Assembly (NCBI GenBank): GCA_028534125.1 | Contig: CM052817.1 | Coordinates: forward strand, 16,246,001 to 16,310,000 | Source: Lama glama | Taxonomy: Eukaryota | Reading direction: 5' to 3' | Length of the DNA stretch: 64,000 nt | Part shown: one piece after another, positions 13,761 to 26,345 of the stretch | Layout: every line of letters starts with the position of its first letter | Position numbering within the stretch: the first letter of the stretch is position 1 | The notes under the pieces: model-generated | Databases searched by the model: none | What the model was told of the DNA's origin: nothing | The model's input: only the letters and a program-made list of their open reading frames with translations | Translations under genes and position numbers: made by a program

Positions 13761-13769
13761 ATATTTAGC

Positions 13770-13870
13770 GGGGAGGGTATAGCTCAGTGGTAGAATGCCT
13801 GCTTAGCATGAATGAGGTCCTGGGTTCAATCCCAAGCACCTCCATTAAAAAATAAATAAATAAATAAAAT
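13770..13870 (+). mobile_element. Camelid tRNA-Ala-derived SINE (vic-1 type)
   Basis: ggggagggtatagctcagtggtag...gcttagcatg...gggttcaatccc...cctcca plus (AAAT)n tail. Confidence 0.9.
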
Positions 13871-14604
13871 TTAATTTACTTAAAAAATAAAGCTAGTGGT
13901 TAAAAATTCACAGCACAGACTCATATAGACCTAGTTCGAATTCCAGCTGGTAACTGGGTAGCCTAGGGGAAAAAAAATGTTTCCTACTTCTGCCCAGGTA
14001 ATACGGCACATGTGTACTGAGTACACATATACAATAAAGTGTATCACATGTATAATTTCAATTTTTAAATGTCGTCCGAATAGCCTTTGGGGGCAGCAGA
14101 CTATTTCTAATGTAACCATTTTGAACTGAATTGAGATCACTTTTGTTCAAAGAAGAGTACAATATTCTTCTCCTCTTGATTCTCCTTCCCAGTTATATAT
14201 ATAAATGGCATAAATAAACTGACAAAAAAAGTCACAATTGCATCTCTAGTATTTAAACTGCCTCCTGAAAAATTCTGACTGCATATTTCTCTTTAAGATT
14301 CTCAATGGCTTACATTATATATACCTTTTTTGTGGTTAAATTAGTAATAACAGCATTAAAATCTTAAGAACTGTATAGTACTATATATTTAATTATCTTC
14401 TCCCATAATTACACTGATTAAACACAGCATAAGAGACCATAAAGATAGATAAAACATTATGGCTACAAAACTTTTTTTTTAATGTCCATAAAATGACGAT
14501 TAAGCCCTAGGTGACTAAATTAATATCACCCATACAATTTTATGGGGTTTCCCTCCACATCCAACAGTATCATTTGCTGCGATGGCAGATACTTTTTTTT
14601 TTTC

Positions 14605-15104
14605 NNNNNNNNNNNNNNNNNNNNNNNNNNNNNNNNNNNNNNNNNNNNNNNNNNNNNNNNNNNNNNNNNNNNNNNNNNNNNNNNNNNNNNNNNNNNNNNN
14701 NNNNNNNNNNNNNNNNNNNNNNNNNNNNNNNNNNNNNNNNNNNNNNNNNNNNNNNNNNNNNNNNNNNNNNNNNNNNNNNNNNNNNNNNNNNNNNNNNNNN
14801 NNNNNNNNNNNNNNNNNNNNNNNNNNNNNNNNNNNNNNNNNNNNNNNNNNNNNNNNNNNNNNNNNNNNNNNNNNNNNNNNNNNNNNNNNNNNNNNNNNNN
14901 NNNNNNNNNNNNNNNNNNNNNNNNNNNNNNNNNNNNNNNNNNNNNNNNNNNNNNNNNNNNNNNNNNNNNNNNNNNNNNNNNNNNNNNNNNNNNNNNNNNN
15001 NNNNNNNNNNNNNNNNNNNNNNNNNNNNNNNNNNNNNNNNNNNNNNNNNNNNNNNNNNNNNNNNNNNNNNNNNNNNNNNNNNNNNNNNNNNNNNNNNNNN
15101 NNNN
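14605..15104. other. Assembly gap (500 N)
   Basis: Exactly 500 N. Confidence 1.
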
Positions 15105-15239
15105 CTTCGTAGCAGTATTGAAATTTGAACACTTTTTAAAAAGATGGGAGGTACCACAGTGGGCTGGCTTAGTCAGCTTCACCAAAAGAGGAGGTTTCTG
15201 TTAGACCAATGCTTCAAGCTAATATCAGCTGTGGACATT

Positions 15240-15304
15240 TTTTTAAATTGAAGTATAGATGATTTACAGTGTTGTGTTAGTGTCAGGTATACAGAAGTGA
15301 TTCC

Positions 15305-15341
<37 letters not shown>

Positions 15342-15604
15342 TCTATATATTTTCAGATTCTTTTCTATTATAGGTTATTAGAAGATATTGAATGTAGTTC
15401 CCTGTCCCCTACAGAGGGTCCCTGTTTATCTATTTTATAGAGTAGTTTGTATCTGCTAATCCCAAACTACTAATTTATCCATCCTACCCCCCTTCCCCTT
15501 TGATAACCATAGGTTTATTTTCTATGTCTGTAAGTCTATTTCGGTTTTGTAAGTAAGTTCCCTTGTATCATTTTTTTAGATTCCACATATAAGTGATATC
15601 TTTC
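15240..15604 (-). mobile_element. 5'-truncated L1 3'UTR with TSD and internal (TA)n
   Basis: Antisense of the 3'UTR type seen at ~41870-42210; TSD tcagctgt(g/a)gacatt at 15225-15239 and 15605-15619; (TA)15 at 15308-15337. Confidence 0.9.
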
Positions 15605-16149
15605 TCAGCTGTAGACATTATAGCCCAGCGCCCATCCCACTTCCTTTCCCATCTACTCCTCACCCCAACAGGCAAACAAAGAGGTAACATTTGTTTGGTG
15701 CATTACCCATTTCTTTATTTTCTTCTAAATGTTATCTCCAGAGATTTGGGCTTACACAGACAGCACAGGCAATCAAGGGAACAGATTTACATTTTCCATC
15801 TGAAGAACGAGCCTCTGAAACACCCAAGGACGTTCATACTGAGTGACCTGTGCTATTATAAAGATTAAAGAGCATGACAAAACCCCAAGAAAAATTCACT
15901 CTAAAAGCTAATCCTGTGGGGAGGAAAAGAAAACTATTTGAAAGCTTTTCAAATATAAAGAATAGCTCCCCAGGATCATAATTTAGCAATTAAAAAATTA
16001 CATATACAAATAAACATACAGTCAGCTAGCAAAACCAAAATAAGCCTACTGATCTAAGTGCATTATCACCACGAAAGATCTGCACAAATTTTCCATCAGT
16101 GCTTGTAAAATGAAAATACATTTTAATACTAAGACAATTATTTTATTAG

Positions 16150-16750
16150 ATCAAATATATTTTAAAGACCTTTTATGGACCTGTCAAGTCCTAGATGTGG
16201 TAGATAAAACAACAAAATCAACACAGCCTGTGACCTTATGCAGCTTACAGTCCAGTGGATGAGGCAGTAGACGATGATACAAAATAAATTGTGATAAATC
16301 TCTTGAAATAAAATTTAAGGGTATGTTGAGAAAAGATAACAGTAGAATTTAATTTAGATTGAACTGGGGACAAGAGATAAGCAAGATTCGTCTAAGGAAG
16401 GAAAATTTAAGACATGAGGGAGTTAGGGTGAAGAAGGCATCAAAGAAAGAACATTCTAGCTAGAGGGGGATACATGATTAAAGGCCCTGAGGTGAGAAAG
16501 AGCTTAGCATGTCTGAGACACCGGCAGTACACATGTACCAGGAAAGCAGGGTTCCCACCTGACTTATTTACCAGTTGCTCGCAGAAATGTCTTGCTCAGA
16601 GAAGTGTCTTGCTCAGGAATTATCTACTAAATAGCTGTTAAGTGAGTAGATGTGGCCGATATACCTGGAGTTTAGTGAGTGAAGAAGGGGAGCAGCCTAA
16701 GATGAGGCTGTTCACGAGGGCTAAAGCCGCATCATGGAAGGCCCTGCCGC
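16150..16750 (-). mobile_element. L2
   Basis: gaccttatgcagcttacagtccagtgg...aagaacattctagctagagg...aaaggccctgaggtgagaaagagcttagcatgt. Confidence 0.75.
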
Positions 16751-16999
16751 CATTCTGAAAATAGTTCCATCATCTGGCCACCACACCCAACAAACCCACA
16801 GCCAACTTGTTTCCTCTTTTATTGACTAAACCCACAGACTTCCTACACCTTGTAAAATTCACTCACTGTACGATTCTCAAAGGCAGAAGCCATTTCTTCT
16901 TCATTTTTGTGGCCCCTGGGCCTTTTACATGCATGGAATGAAAAGGCACTTGAGTACTTAATAACTGGACGTCCATGTACGGAGTCTTCAGTAGGGATC

Positions 17000-17079
17000 A
17001 GGGAGTGTCCTCAGCATTTTGTACGCATTAGTTCACTCAAGTTTCAAAAAAAATCTACAGTAAGTGTGTGTGTGTGTGT

Positions 17080-17126
<47 letters not shown>

Positions 17127-17250
17127 CATAATAGAGAGAGAGTAATTTCCATCATTTTTGTTTCCAGTTACAAATGAGAAAACTAAGGCTCACAGAGGTT
17201 AGGGAACTTGCCCAAGGTCAGATGGCTGACAATCACCAAATCCTTTACCT
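17000..17250 (-). mobile_element. MIR interrupted by (TG)n
   Basis: ttacaaatgagaaaactaaggctcacagaggttagggaacttgcccaaggtca. Confidence 0.75.
17064..17123. repeat. (TG)n microsatellite, one interruption
   Basis: About 30 TG units. Confidence 0.95.
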
Positions 17251-18394
17251 CTGGAATCTGTTCTCTTATTTACTAAACTGTGTTGATTCTTCTTGGCTAA
17301 AATCTAAAGATAAGAACCCTACTGATTTCTCTTTCAGAGAGAACTATATACGATGGCTACCAGATGATACATAAGGAAATCTTTCCTTTATTATATCACC
17401 AGGATTTAAATTTGTGATGAAAAACGTATTTTCTTCTTTGGGATATGGTAAAATAAAGAGGATTGTTCTTTAAAGTAAATGGGTGAGGCGAGCCAAAACA
17501 AAGGCAGTTTCTTCTAATTACACTATGTTTGGGAGCAATTCAAAAACTACAGACTCCAACCTGGAGCCTTTGAGTTTCTTCTTTGGGTTTCATCCTGGGC
17601 ATCCAACCCAGTCTGATCCACTGGGATGCTGTGCCTTGCTGGCTGCTGGAGTAAGCCCCTGACCCCCTGAAGATAGTTTTGTGGTAGATCTCTGACATGT
17701 TTTCCTAAAAAACAACACTTCCTCCTATATTGGTGACAGAAAACTGGGCTAGAGACTAGAAATCTGACCCACTATGGCATTCTCATTTTCTGATGTTGTC
17801 AATGAACTTCAAACTAAGCTCTGAAGGTCAACAGGCTCGTGGGATTTATTTGGAGGGAGGGGGGCCAAGGAACCAGAATAGAAAGTTTCAAAATAGCAAA
17901 AACCACTATGAAAACACACTGCTTCTAGAGTCTCCTGATCCAAACCACACCCTTATTCATAGACGAATTATTCTGGACCTATTCCTTCCACGCAAGTTTC
18001 AACAATATGGCCCCAAACACAGAAAAAGTGATATGAACCTAAAATTTACTTGACTGCCTGGATGAAAGATGACACTTTAACACATACTTGTATGTATATG
18101 CAAATGGTTAGGGCTGAGGAAAGAGATTTAATGCTACTTTTTAGGGAAATTATTTAGTCCGTACATTCTGAATAAACAAAGCTGAACTGAAATCTGCCCT
18201 GTCACTGAAAAAAAAAAAAAAGAAAAAGAAAAAAAATGATTATAATTAAATGTTCCAAATGACTGAAACACCAATTTCAGGTTCAGCCAAGAGCAAGGAT
18301 GCCTACACCTGAGGTGTAAGGGGAAAAATAGGAGGAACAAGACAAAAAGAGTTCCCTGATCTAAATCACTAATTCCCTCACAAGAGGGTGTAAA

Positions 18395-18610
18395 GTAATA
18401 GCTCACACCTAGTGAACACTTACTGAGTGCTGGAAAGCACACTTTGACACTTTCATGACCATAAGGTGGGTCATATTATTATCCCATTTTACAGATGAGA
18501 AAACTGAAACAGGCAAGTTAGGCAATTTGCCAACATTTCACAGCTAATAGACATGACTTGAACCCAGGAACTCTGGCTTCGGGGTCTTCATTACCAACTA
18601 TAACACAGCC
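18395..18610 (-). mobile_element. MIR
   Basis: attattatcccattttacagatgagaaaactga...ttgaacccagg. Confidence 0.85.
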
Positions 18611-19020
18611 TCCAGTTCATTATGAGCAGAACATGGAGAAAGAACCCCAAAGACAGCAGTTAGAAAAGAGCAGATTGGGTGGGAGTAGGTGCTAGGAGAC
18701 CTGGAAAGTCAGACGCTCGAATTTAGGTTATAGGACAAAGGGATTAGGAAACAACACAGAATTTCTGAGCAGGGTTGTGATATGCTGAAAGCAGCATTCA
18801 AGGCAGATTAATCTGACTACAGATGTTTTGCTTAATATGAAGTGTTTATAAAAAAAAACATTACAATGCACATTAAATAATTCAATATAAAAAAAAGAAG
18901 AGTTCACAGAAATAAACCCAGATATAATCCAAAACCTTTTCCAAAAAGACACTAGCTCTCCAGTGTTAGAAGTGTTTAGTGTTAAGTATTTAAAATTATT
19001 TTAAGAGTTGAGCTGGAGTC

Positions 19021-19120
19021 GGGGGTAGGTATAGCTCAGTAGTGGAGTGCATGCTTAGCATGCATGAGGTCCTGGGTCCAATTCCCAGTATCTCCACTAA
19101 AAAAAAAAAAAATCCTGACA
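19021..19120 (+). mobile_element. Camelid tRNA-Ala-derived SINE (vic-1 type)
   Basis: tRNA-Ala-like head plus poly(A); TSD-like ttaagag(t/c)tgagctgg at 19001-19016 and 19121-19136. Confidence 0.9.
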
Positions 19121-20020
19121 TTAAGAGCTGAGCTGGCGAGGGGGAGCGTTCATGGTACAGAAAACACACAGCATCCTGATTTGGGGCACCGTGTACTCTG
19201 AGACTCTGTTCTAACCAAAAAAGAAAAAAAATTGCAGGTTTTTTTTTCTTTTTTTAATCTGGTCTTCAAAAAAAAAAAAAGGCCCCCTATAGTCAACAAA
19301 GAAGAAAGAGGTTTTTGCTTTTTTTAATTTCCGTAAGGACTTCATTCTATCCTGAGCAGGAGTTTCCGTGCAGAGTTGCAGAGCTGGGCACTGTGTTGCT
19401 TGGGCTCTAGGATTAGTTAAAGCCTTGAAGGGAAGTGATAAACCTGGTGGGCACAAATCAAGGCGGCCCCACAGGGATGAATCTGGGGTCCATTCCAGTC
19501 CCAAATGAGGCACTCTGGGACTTTAACAAGACAGAGCACCCGAGGGTGGCAGAAGAGAGGCCAGGAGACGCCTGTGTGTGATGGACAAGAAGGGGGCTTA
19601 GAAGGTAGGGAATGCAAGCTGACCCAGAGACAGAAGTGGGGAGGGGGCGAGAGCTATTAGTCTGAAGAGCAAATTACAAGCTGGGGGAAATAACACAAAG
19701 ACAGCAGTCCAACAGAAAGCAGAGAGATATCGGGTACTGAGCCCAGCCAGGACCAGGAAGGGGGGCAGCTGGGACAGGAATGGCCAATAAGAGTTAGCAG
19801 AACTATAGCAGTTGACAGAAGGAAAGTTCTAGAAGCATGCTCCAGCTTGAGAGAAGGGAATTCAGAAGAGCTAATGGACTAGCTAGCACTTGACATCCAG
19901 TGGGCGAGGGTACTCAGAGGTGCCAGTTTCACACCCCTCGCCTCCCCAGATCTCAAGAATGGGTCTAGCCAGGTGCAAGGCTCTTGAATAACACACTGAG
20001 CTCCAGCCCCAAGGTCTAAG

Positions 20021-20336
20021 TGCTACCTCAAAAAGGGAAGGGAAAAAGATCCCAGTTCTTGTCTTACCCAAAAGAGAAGAATTCAGATGGGAGACAGATG
20101 CGTCATGTAGTGAAAGATTTTAAAGGTTTTATTAGCAAAGGGAAAGTGCACCTCCAAGAACAAGAGGCAGGCTGATTCAAGGGAGGACAGCGATGGTCTT
20201 TGTTTGCCCCCTTCTCTTATACCCTCACTTAGAGGTGGTCTCCTGATTGATTGATGACTCTCACTGTCTTGTGGACCATCCTCCCTCTCCTCAACCTTAA
20301 TCTCCCTGGTGCCCCCACTTATCTAACTACCTAACC
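20021..20336 (-). mobile_element. ERV1-type solo LTR
   Basis: Minus strand runs (g)gttaggtagttagataag...TATAAG...AATAAA...gaggtagCA; flanked by taag direct repeat (20017-20020, 20337-20340). Confidence 0.7.
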
Positions 20337-20685
20337 TAAGGACTTGATTCTCAAGTGGCAGAGGGTACTGGGGCTCCTCTGGCATCCTCCCCAATGAAGT
20401 CATGAGCAAACACATACCACCAACACCCAACTGCCTGCCCCAAATCTGGGCACGTACCTGGTGACCTTAGAGTTTCCTTCCGACCTCTGGAGCCCAGAAC
20501 TATTTGTTTGCTAAAACCTGTTGGTCTTTTCAAACAGCCTCCTCCCTCTAGACCGGATGCTCCTCAGAAGCAAGTAGCACTTTTTATGCTTCTTTCCTAC
20601 TCTTGTGGAACTTAATGATGCAGAGCGAGTGCTTTAAAATCACCCATTGAACAAATCCTCTCTGGAGGTCTAAAACCAGGCTTAC

Positions 20686-20872
20686 GGCTGAGTTTAAAGA
20701 AACCGTCTCCCAGCATGGGGTTCGCCAGCTGATAGTCAGTGTTCTCTCTGGATGACGTGTAGGAATATTTAACTGCTGGCAGAGGATCTTGGGATTTCAG
20801 GGGCATGTTGCACGCGTTTAATCCAACCATCATTGACAGCGACTGACCAAAATTTGGCTTAATGCAGTAGAC
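20686..20872 (-). other. Candidate 187-nt exon, open in one frame (VYCIKPNFGQSLSMMVGLNACNMPLKSQDPLPAVKYSYTSSRENTDYQLANPMLGDGFFKLS); gene not identified
   Basis: ctttgcAG|G acceptor and GCC|GTAAGC donor; unique sequence with several retained CpGs; protein not recognised. Confidence 0.3.
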
Positions 20873-21284
20873 CTGCAAAGCCAGTCCTAAGAGACCCTTT
20901 AAAATAATCATTTTTTCCAAATCCTCTTTCATCTTAAATACCATCCTGACTCCTTTGCTAAGAAATGAGGTGTGTATTCTGCAACCCACAAAGCATTGCT
21001 GATTAGTAATCAGAGAAGCCAAGTGCATAGATGGGAACTTGAGTGGAGATTAAGAAATGAGCCAGTCGGTCTAGGTGCCCCCATCCCACTGCAAGTTCAA
21101 AAAGAAAAAAGGCAGGGATGGTGTCCTTCACCTTCACTAATATTTTATCAACCAAAGAAATAAGTGATTCTAGTCTCTTGTTTCTTATAGCAGAAGACTC
21201 GGCCACGACACTTTTGATTTCCTGACTCCTGGGGGTTGCTGAGAAGAATGCTGGAGTCGGGCAGAAGACAGAAAGAACATGTTT

Positions 21285-21465
21285 TGTGGAGGTTCAGAAC
21301 CTTGCTATGTCACATACTACTTGCGCAAGTTCAGAAAAGTCATTAAACCTCTCAGAAGGTTTCTCATCTGTAAAATATGATAATATCCACCTCACAGATT
21401 GAAATAGGGTTAAGTAGGATAATCAATGTCCTTGGAACACCGAGGATGCTCCATTAATAGTCATT
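21285..21465 (+). mobile_element. MIR
   Basis: aaagtcattaaacctctcag...ttctcatctgtaaaat...cacctcacag. Confidence 0.7.
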
Positions 21466-21650
21466 CGTGTCCTCTTGGCTCTGCATCACCCAAGTCTACT
21501 CACGTTCTAGCAACACAGAACCACAGGGTGGAATTCATTGAAACCCTGGAGCCAGAGCTTTTGATTTTGATAGGAAATGATTCGGCCCTTCCTGATTGGG
21601 CTCAGAAACAACTTTATCTTTAGGAAAACCCTCAACCAGAGAAACTGAGA

Positions 21651-22152
21651 TGTATTGGTTTGATATTGCTGCTACCACAAATTACCTCAAGCCCTGTGGT
21701 TTGAAGCAATACAAATACACGACCCTGTAGTTCTGTCGGTCAGAATTCTGACCTGGGTCTCACCAGGCTAAAATCAAAGTGTTGGCAGGGCTGACGTCCT
21801 TTCTGGAGGCTCTAGCGGAGGATCGTTTCCTCATGCAGTAGAGTTGTTGGCAGGATTTAGTTCCTGGAACACAGCGCCTGTAGCTCAGGACCAGCAGTGG
21901 GACATTAAAACCTTCCCCTGCTGCCATTTCTTTCTTTCTCACCAAGTCCAGGAAAGGCTCTCCGATTTTAAGGACTCATGTGATCAGACTGGAGCCACTC
22001 AGACAATCCAAGAGAATCTCTCCATCTCAAGGTCTATAACCTGAATCATGTTTGCAAAGTGCCTTTTGCCACATCAGATAACTTTCCCAGGCTCTGGGAA
22101 ATTAGAACATAGACATTTGCCAGGGAAGGGAGCATTATGTTGCCCTCCAACA
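21651..22152 (-). mobile_element. MLT1 (C/D/E-type) MaLR solo LTR
   Basis: tgtattggttt...gctgctaccacaaattacc...ggctaaaatcaaagtgttggcagggctg...tttaaggactcatgtgat...ccatctcaagg. Confidence 0.85.
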
Positions 22153-22576
22153 CAAGAGTACTTGTTGAACTTAAAACAATTCATTAAAATGTGCATCAAT
22201 TTACACCTAGAATGCTGGGACCTGGGTCATGGAAAATTAGCTGTGGGGCACTTCCACCATTTAGTTCCCTTCTAGTTAACTAAAATTGTTTCCTCCAGAT
22301 AGTGTTAAGAAAAAGAAAAAACAATGGTGACATCATTTAAAAGCACTCCTTTGTTGCTGGCTTGGACTCTTAGTAGTAGACATTTCCTCCGGCAGATTCA
22401 GCTTAAACCAAAATAGGAAAAAGTGTGGCGGGAATCTGCCCCCAGCAAAGAGGAGCCAGGCTATTTTCATTATCGAGAATCAGCTTCCATGAGAAAACTG
22501 GAGTGACTTAACCGAAGCTACGTCTGTCGTGACCTCATCTCTGCTCCTATTTTACAAGCAGAAACAACTCACTCAC

Positions 22577-22638
22577 CATTCATGACTGATGGCATAGGAA
22601 ACAGGAGCCAAGTAGATTTTAAAAGCCTTGTCCATCAT
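22577..22638 (-). CDS. Weak candidate alternative first coding exon (MMDKAFKIYLAPVSYAISHE+2 nt)
   Basis: aggATGATGG start, open to ATG|GTGAGT donor at 22576-22571; unique sequence; no homology recognised. Confidence 0.12.
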
Positions 22639-23909
22639 CCTTTCTACAGCTTATAAGGCATGGCCAAGCCTCCACCTTATTAGCCAAGGGACATTCTCAG
22701 TAACTTTCCAACCAAGCTAAGTAGGCGCCAATGCCAGAAAAAGGCAAGAAGGGTCAGGCGAGAAGACAAAACGGACACAGTGAACCCCGTGCCTTTTATT
22801 GGCAAGAAAGAGGAGCCGCCTGCCACTCACGTCTTCATCCACTGCAAGATGCCCCTTCAATCCATGCCCTCTCCCCTCCTCCAAATTGGATTTATAATCT
22901 CCAGCCCCTTATACAGAATCTCTGGTACGGGTCAATGGCTGTCACTGTGAAACACAAGAAAGAGAAAAGCTTACCACTTCCTAACGCTTTTTAGTCCCAA
23001 GACACAATAGTACCCTTTATATATTTGTTTTCAACTAATGCCGTATAGGAAACGATAATGTTAATTTATCTGAGAGTATTGACTGGAAAAGAGCAAAATG
23101 CCAGCACCCAGTGGTCACAAACCAGCAACAGCACTTGCACAGCATGAGTGGGGTGGGAAAGAACCGATACGCCTATTGTTATATTAGAACCCTCTTTCCA
23201 TTTTGGCCATCCACTTAAAACAGGCCAGCTGAAGCCAGGCGTCCTGAACTTATCGGAATCCTCACTACCATCTCTGTAAGAGATAATGAGTTTCCCAAGC
23301 ATGTGTGAATTGTACTAGGGAAGTGACAGGGAGTCCCTCTCAGTCAATATGTCCAGGGAAAGTCACTTCGCGGGAAGGCCCAGGGTCTGACCTAAGCTAA
23401 TAAATGATTATCCTTCGCTACTAAAATCAGGACCCTAATTAACTTGCTAATTGTTGGTCTCTGTTCATGGACATTAACCTGAGTTATCCCACCACATACA
23501 CCTGTAAGTAAATTACAGCCTCTGTACTCAAGACGAACCTTCTGTCCGGGTGGATAAATGTGACTTTGGTGTGTCAGCCACACATAATTCTTTAAAGTGA
23601 CCGAGTGTAAAAGATACTATTATGGGCACTTCTCCAAGCAAATTAAATGGACACAAACTCCCTCTAACAATTTATTTCCTCAATAGAGTCCATGGGCACT
23701 ACTCTCTGAAAGGCATGGTCTCCTTGCTCTTACGTTTCTCTTTTCTAACTGTAGTATCTACCCTTGCTGGCGTTCCCAGCCGTATAAGCTGACCATTGCA
23801 TGTTCATTATCACCCTTAATCCCCACAAAGAACTATGAGGTCTGTGTTATTATCAAGCCCATTTTATAGAGGAGGAAATGTGCAGGGAGTTCAAGTGACT
23901 CGTCTTAGC

Positions 23910-24728
23910 TTTTACTATTAGTGCCCATCCTTATCCCTCTGCACTGGACTGAATTTTGTGACCCCCCTGCCCCCAGTTCATACGTTGAAATCCTAAACTC
24001 CAAGGTGATGGTGTTAGGAGGTATTAGGAGATATTTGGAGGTGATCAGGTCATGAGGGTGGAGCCCACATGAACTGGATTAGTGTCCTTGTAAAAGGGAC
24101 CCCAGAGGGCTCTCTCGGCCTCTTCCTACCACATGAGGAGACAAGAAGTCGGCAAGTGAGAAGAGGGCCCTCACCAGAACCCGACCACGCTGGCACCCTG
24201 ATCTTGGCTTTGCAGACCCCAGAACTGTGGGAAATAAATGTCACTGTTTATAAGCCCCCTAGTCTAGGGTACTTTGTTACAGCAGCCTGAGCTGACCAAG
24301 ACATCCTCCATACTCACAGGTTAGCATACTTCACGCCCTAAAGCCCAGACTCTGCTCCAGGGCTTCCTCTGTTCGCAGGAGCACCTGAGCCCATGAGTAT
24401 GGCAGTGTGGAAGTGCCCAGGAGCTGATGTTCCCTGTCCCGGGAGCAGCCCTCCAACAAAGACAGGTGGGAGTTGGTGGATAACACTCGAGCTTCCTCGC
24501 CCCCTGAGTGGGAAAAGGCTGAGGCCAGTCTGCATGGTCATGTGGAGGTCCCAGCAGAACTGGGTCCCTGCTGTCCATGGTAGTAACCTGCTCATTAACA
24601 TCCCTTTTACTGGCTTCCTGACCCTTTTCCCCAAGATAATTGAGGGCATCCAAATACATCTGCACCCAAATAAGTAATTGCAACTCAAGTCTAAGACTCG
24701 GGGCCAACTTCTGGGAGAAGCTAACCTA
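23910..24728 (+). mobile_element. LTR16-like ERVL solo LTR, interrupted by MLT1A at 23940-24303
   Basis: ggagcagccctc...gggagttggtggataa...ctcgccccctgagtggga...gtaacctgctc...cttctgggaga match the recalled LTR16C motifs. Confidence 0.7.
23940..24303 (+). mobile_element. MLT1A/MLT1A0 MaLR solo LTR
   Basis: TG...CA ends, 5-bp TSD ccctc/tcctc; ggtcatgagggtggagcc...gggccctcaccagaacccgaccacgctggcaccctgatctt. Confidence 0.9.
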
Positions 24729-25139
24729 CCGTATTTGCCAAAGGTCATGTCACCAACAAATGGCACAGTTGAAATCAGACCCCAGGCTGGTTGACACCAA
24801 AGACCAGACTCCTACCTTTTAGGTGATACCATCTCCTTTCATCACGATGCCTGGTGTCTTTACATAAATCCAGCATCCCATGTCTGGCATCGTATGTTAT
24901 CAATGCATTCAAGTAATGAATTGAAATTATACTTTTTCATATTTTTGTTATATTTGTTCCTGCCCGTGTTTTTTCCAGCAGCTGTACTTGCTAAAATAGT
25001 CTGGGTTGAAGGCTGCAAAAGGCGTTAACTCTGACCTTCCTCTGATGCAACCACTTCATCTCTACATCCCTGATATAGGGCCACCCTGCTTATCATGTAA
25101 GCTACCTCTAGACATGGTTGAGTCCTTCCTGTTAGTAAA

Positions 25140-25360
25140 GACCTAACATTTATGAGTACTCAAGATATACCAGGTGATGTCCCAGGGGCGTCATACATAC
25201 TATCTCCTTAATCTTCACAACTTTTTCAAGCAGGTGTTACTAACTCCATTTTACAGATGAATAAACTGAGGCTGGTAACCTGCTCAAGGTCACGCAGTTA
25301 GTATGTGGCAGTCAGAATTGGAATCCAGGTCTCTCTGACTCCAAACTCCAAGCTCTTTTC
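25140..25360 (-). mobile_element. MIR
   Basis: ccattttacagatgaataaactgaggct...tcaaggtcacgcag...gaatccaggtctctctgactcc. Confidence 0.85.
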
Positions 25361-25369
25361 ATGTAACAA

Positions 25370-26345
25370 ATAGTGTTTCCATGTGCCAGGTACTGCTCCA
25401 AGATCTCAAAATACTTATTTAATCTTTAAAAGAACCCTATGATGTGGAGAAAAGGGCCCCTTGTACACTGTTGGTGGGAATGTAAAGTGATGTAGCCACT
25501 ATGGAAAACAGTATGGTGGTTTCTCAAAAAACTAAAAATAGAACTACCATATGACCCAGCAATTCCACTCCTGGGTATATATCCAAAAAAAACAAAGACA
25601 CTAACTCAAAAAGATGCATGCACCCCAATGTTCACAGCAGCATTATTTACAATTGCTAAGATATGGAAGCAACCTAAGTATCCATCAACAGATGAATGGA
25701 TGAAGAAGATGCGGTATATATAAAATGGAATACTATTCAGCCATTTAAAAGAACAAAATCTTGTCATTTGCAGCAACATGGATGGACTTGGAGGACATTA
25801 TGCTAAGTGAAATAAGTCAGACAGAGAAAAACAAATACCATATGATATCACTTATATGTGGAACCTAAGGAATACAACAAACAACAAACTAGGGGATATA
25901 ACAGAAAAGAAGCAGACTCACAGATCTAGAGAACAAGCTAGTGGCTACCAGTGGGGAGAGGGAAGCAGAAGGGGCAATATAGAGGTAGGGGACTAAGAGG
26001 TACAAGTTATTAGGTATCAAATAAGCTACAAGGATATATTGAACAACATGGGGAATACAGCCAGCATTTAATAATAACTATAGATGAGTATAACCTTTAA
26101 AAATTGTGAATTGCAATTGTATACATATAACTTACATAATACTGTACGGCAACTATACTTCAATTTTAAAAAGTTTTAAATGTTTAAAAATAAAACTACC
26201 CAAGAAATAGACCCTATCATTATTCCCATTTTACAGCGGTGATAACTGAGGCACTGAGAGGTTACGTAACTTGCAAAGATCACACATTAAACAGAGGCCA
26301 GATTCATACCCATGCACTCTGGCTTCTAGTCCATGCTCTTAAACA
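25370..26345 (-). mobile_element. MIR split by L1 (arms ~25370-25440 and ~26195-26345)
   Basis: atgtgccaggtactg...tttaatct continues after the L1 as attattcccattttacag...aactgaggcactgagaggtta. Confidence 0.7.
25441..26190 (+). mobile_element. 5'-truncated L1 (ORF2 C-terminus plus 3'UTR)
   Basis: gatgtggagaaaaggg...actgttggtgggaatgtaaa...gacccagcaattccactcctgggtatatatcc; A-rich tail; decayed TSD. Confidence 0.92.

Larger units (their letters stand above)
23790..24830 (-). mobile_element. MIR split by nested LTRs (arms ~23790-23905 and ~24730-24830)
   Basis: ccccattttatagaggaggaaa...ttcaagtgact resumes as ttgccaaaggtca...gaaatcagaccccagg. Confidence 0.65.

Noticed and set aside
13770..13845. 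tRNA-Ala genes (this and the similar loci)
   Set aside because: A-rich tails, TSDs, extra 5' bases and stem mismatches mark them as SINE copies
14511..15204. Long ORFs over the first gap (likewise 56618-57411)
   Set aside because: Artefacts of N runs; the real residues near the second gap are L1 ORF2
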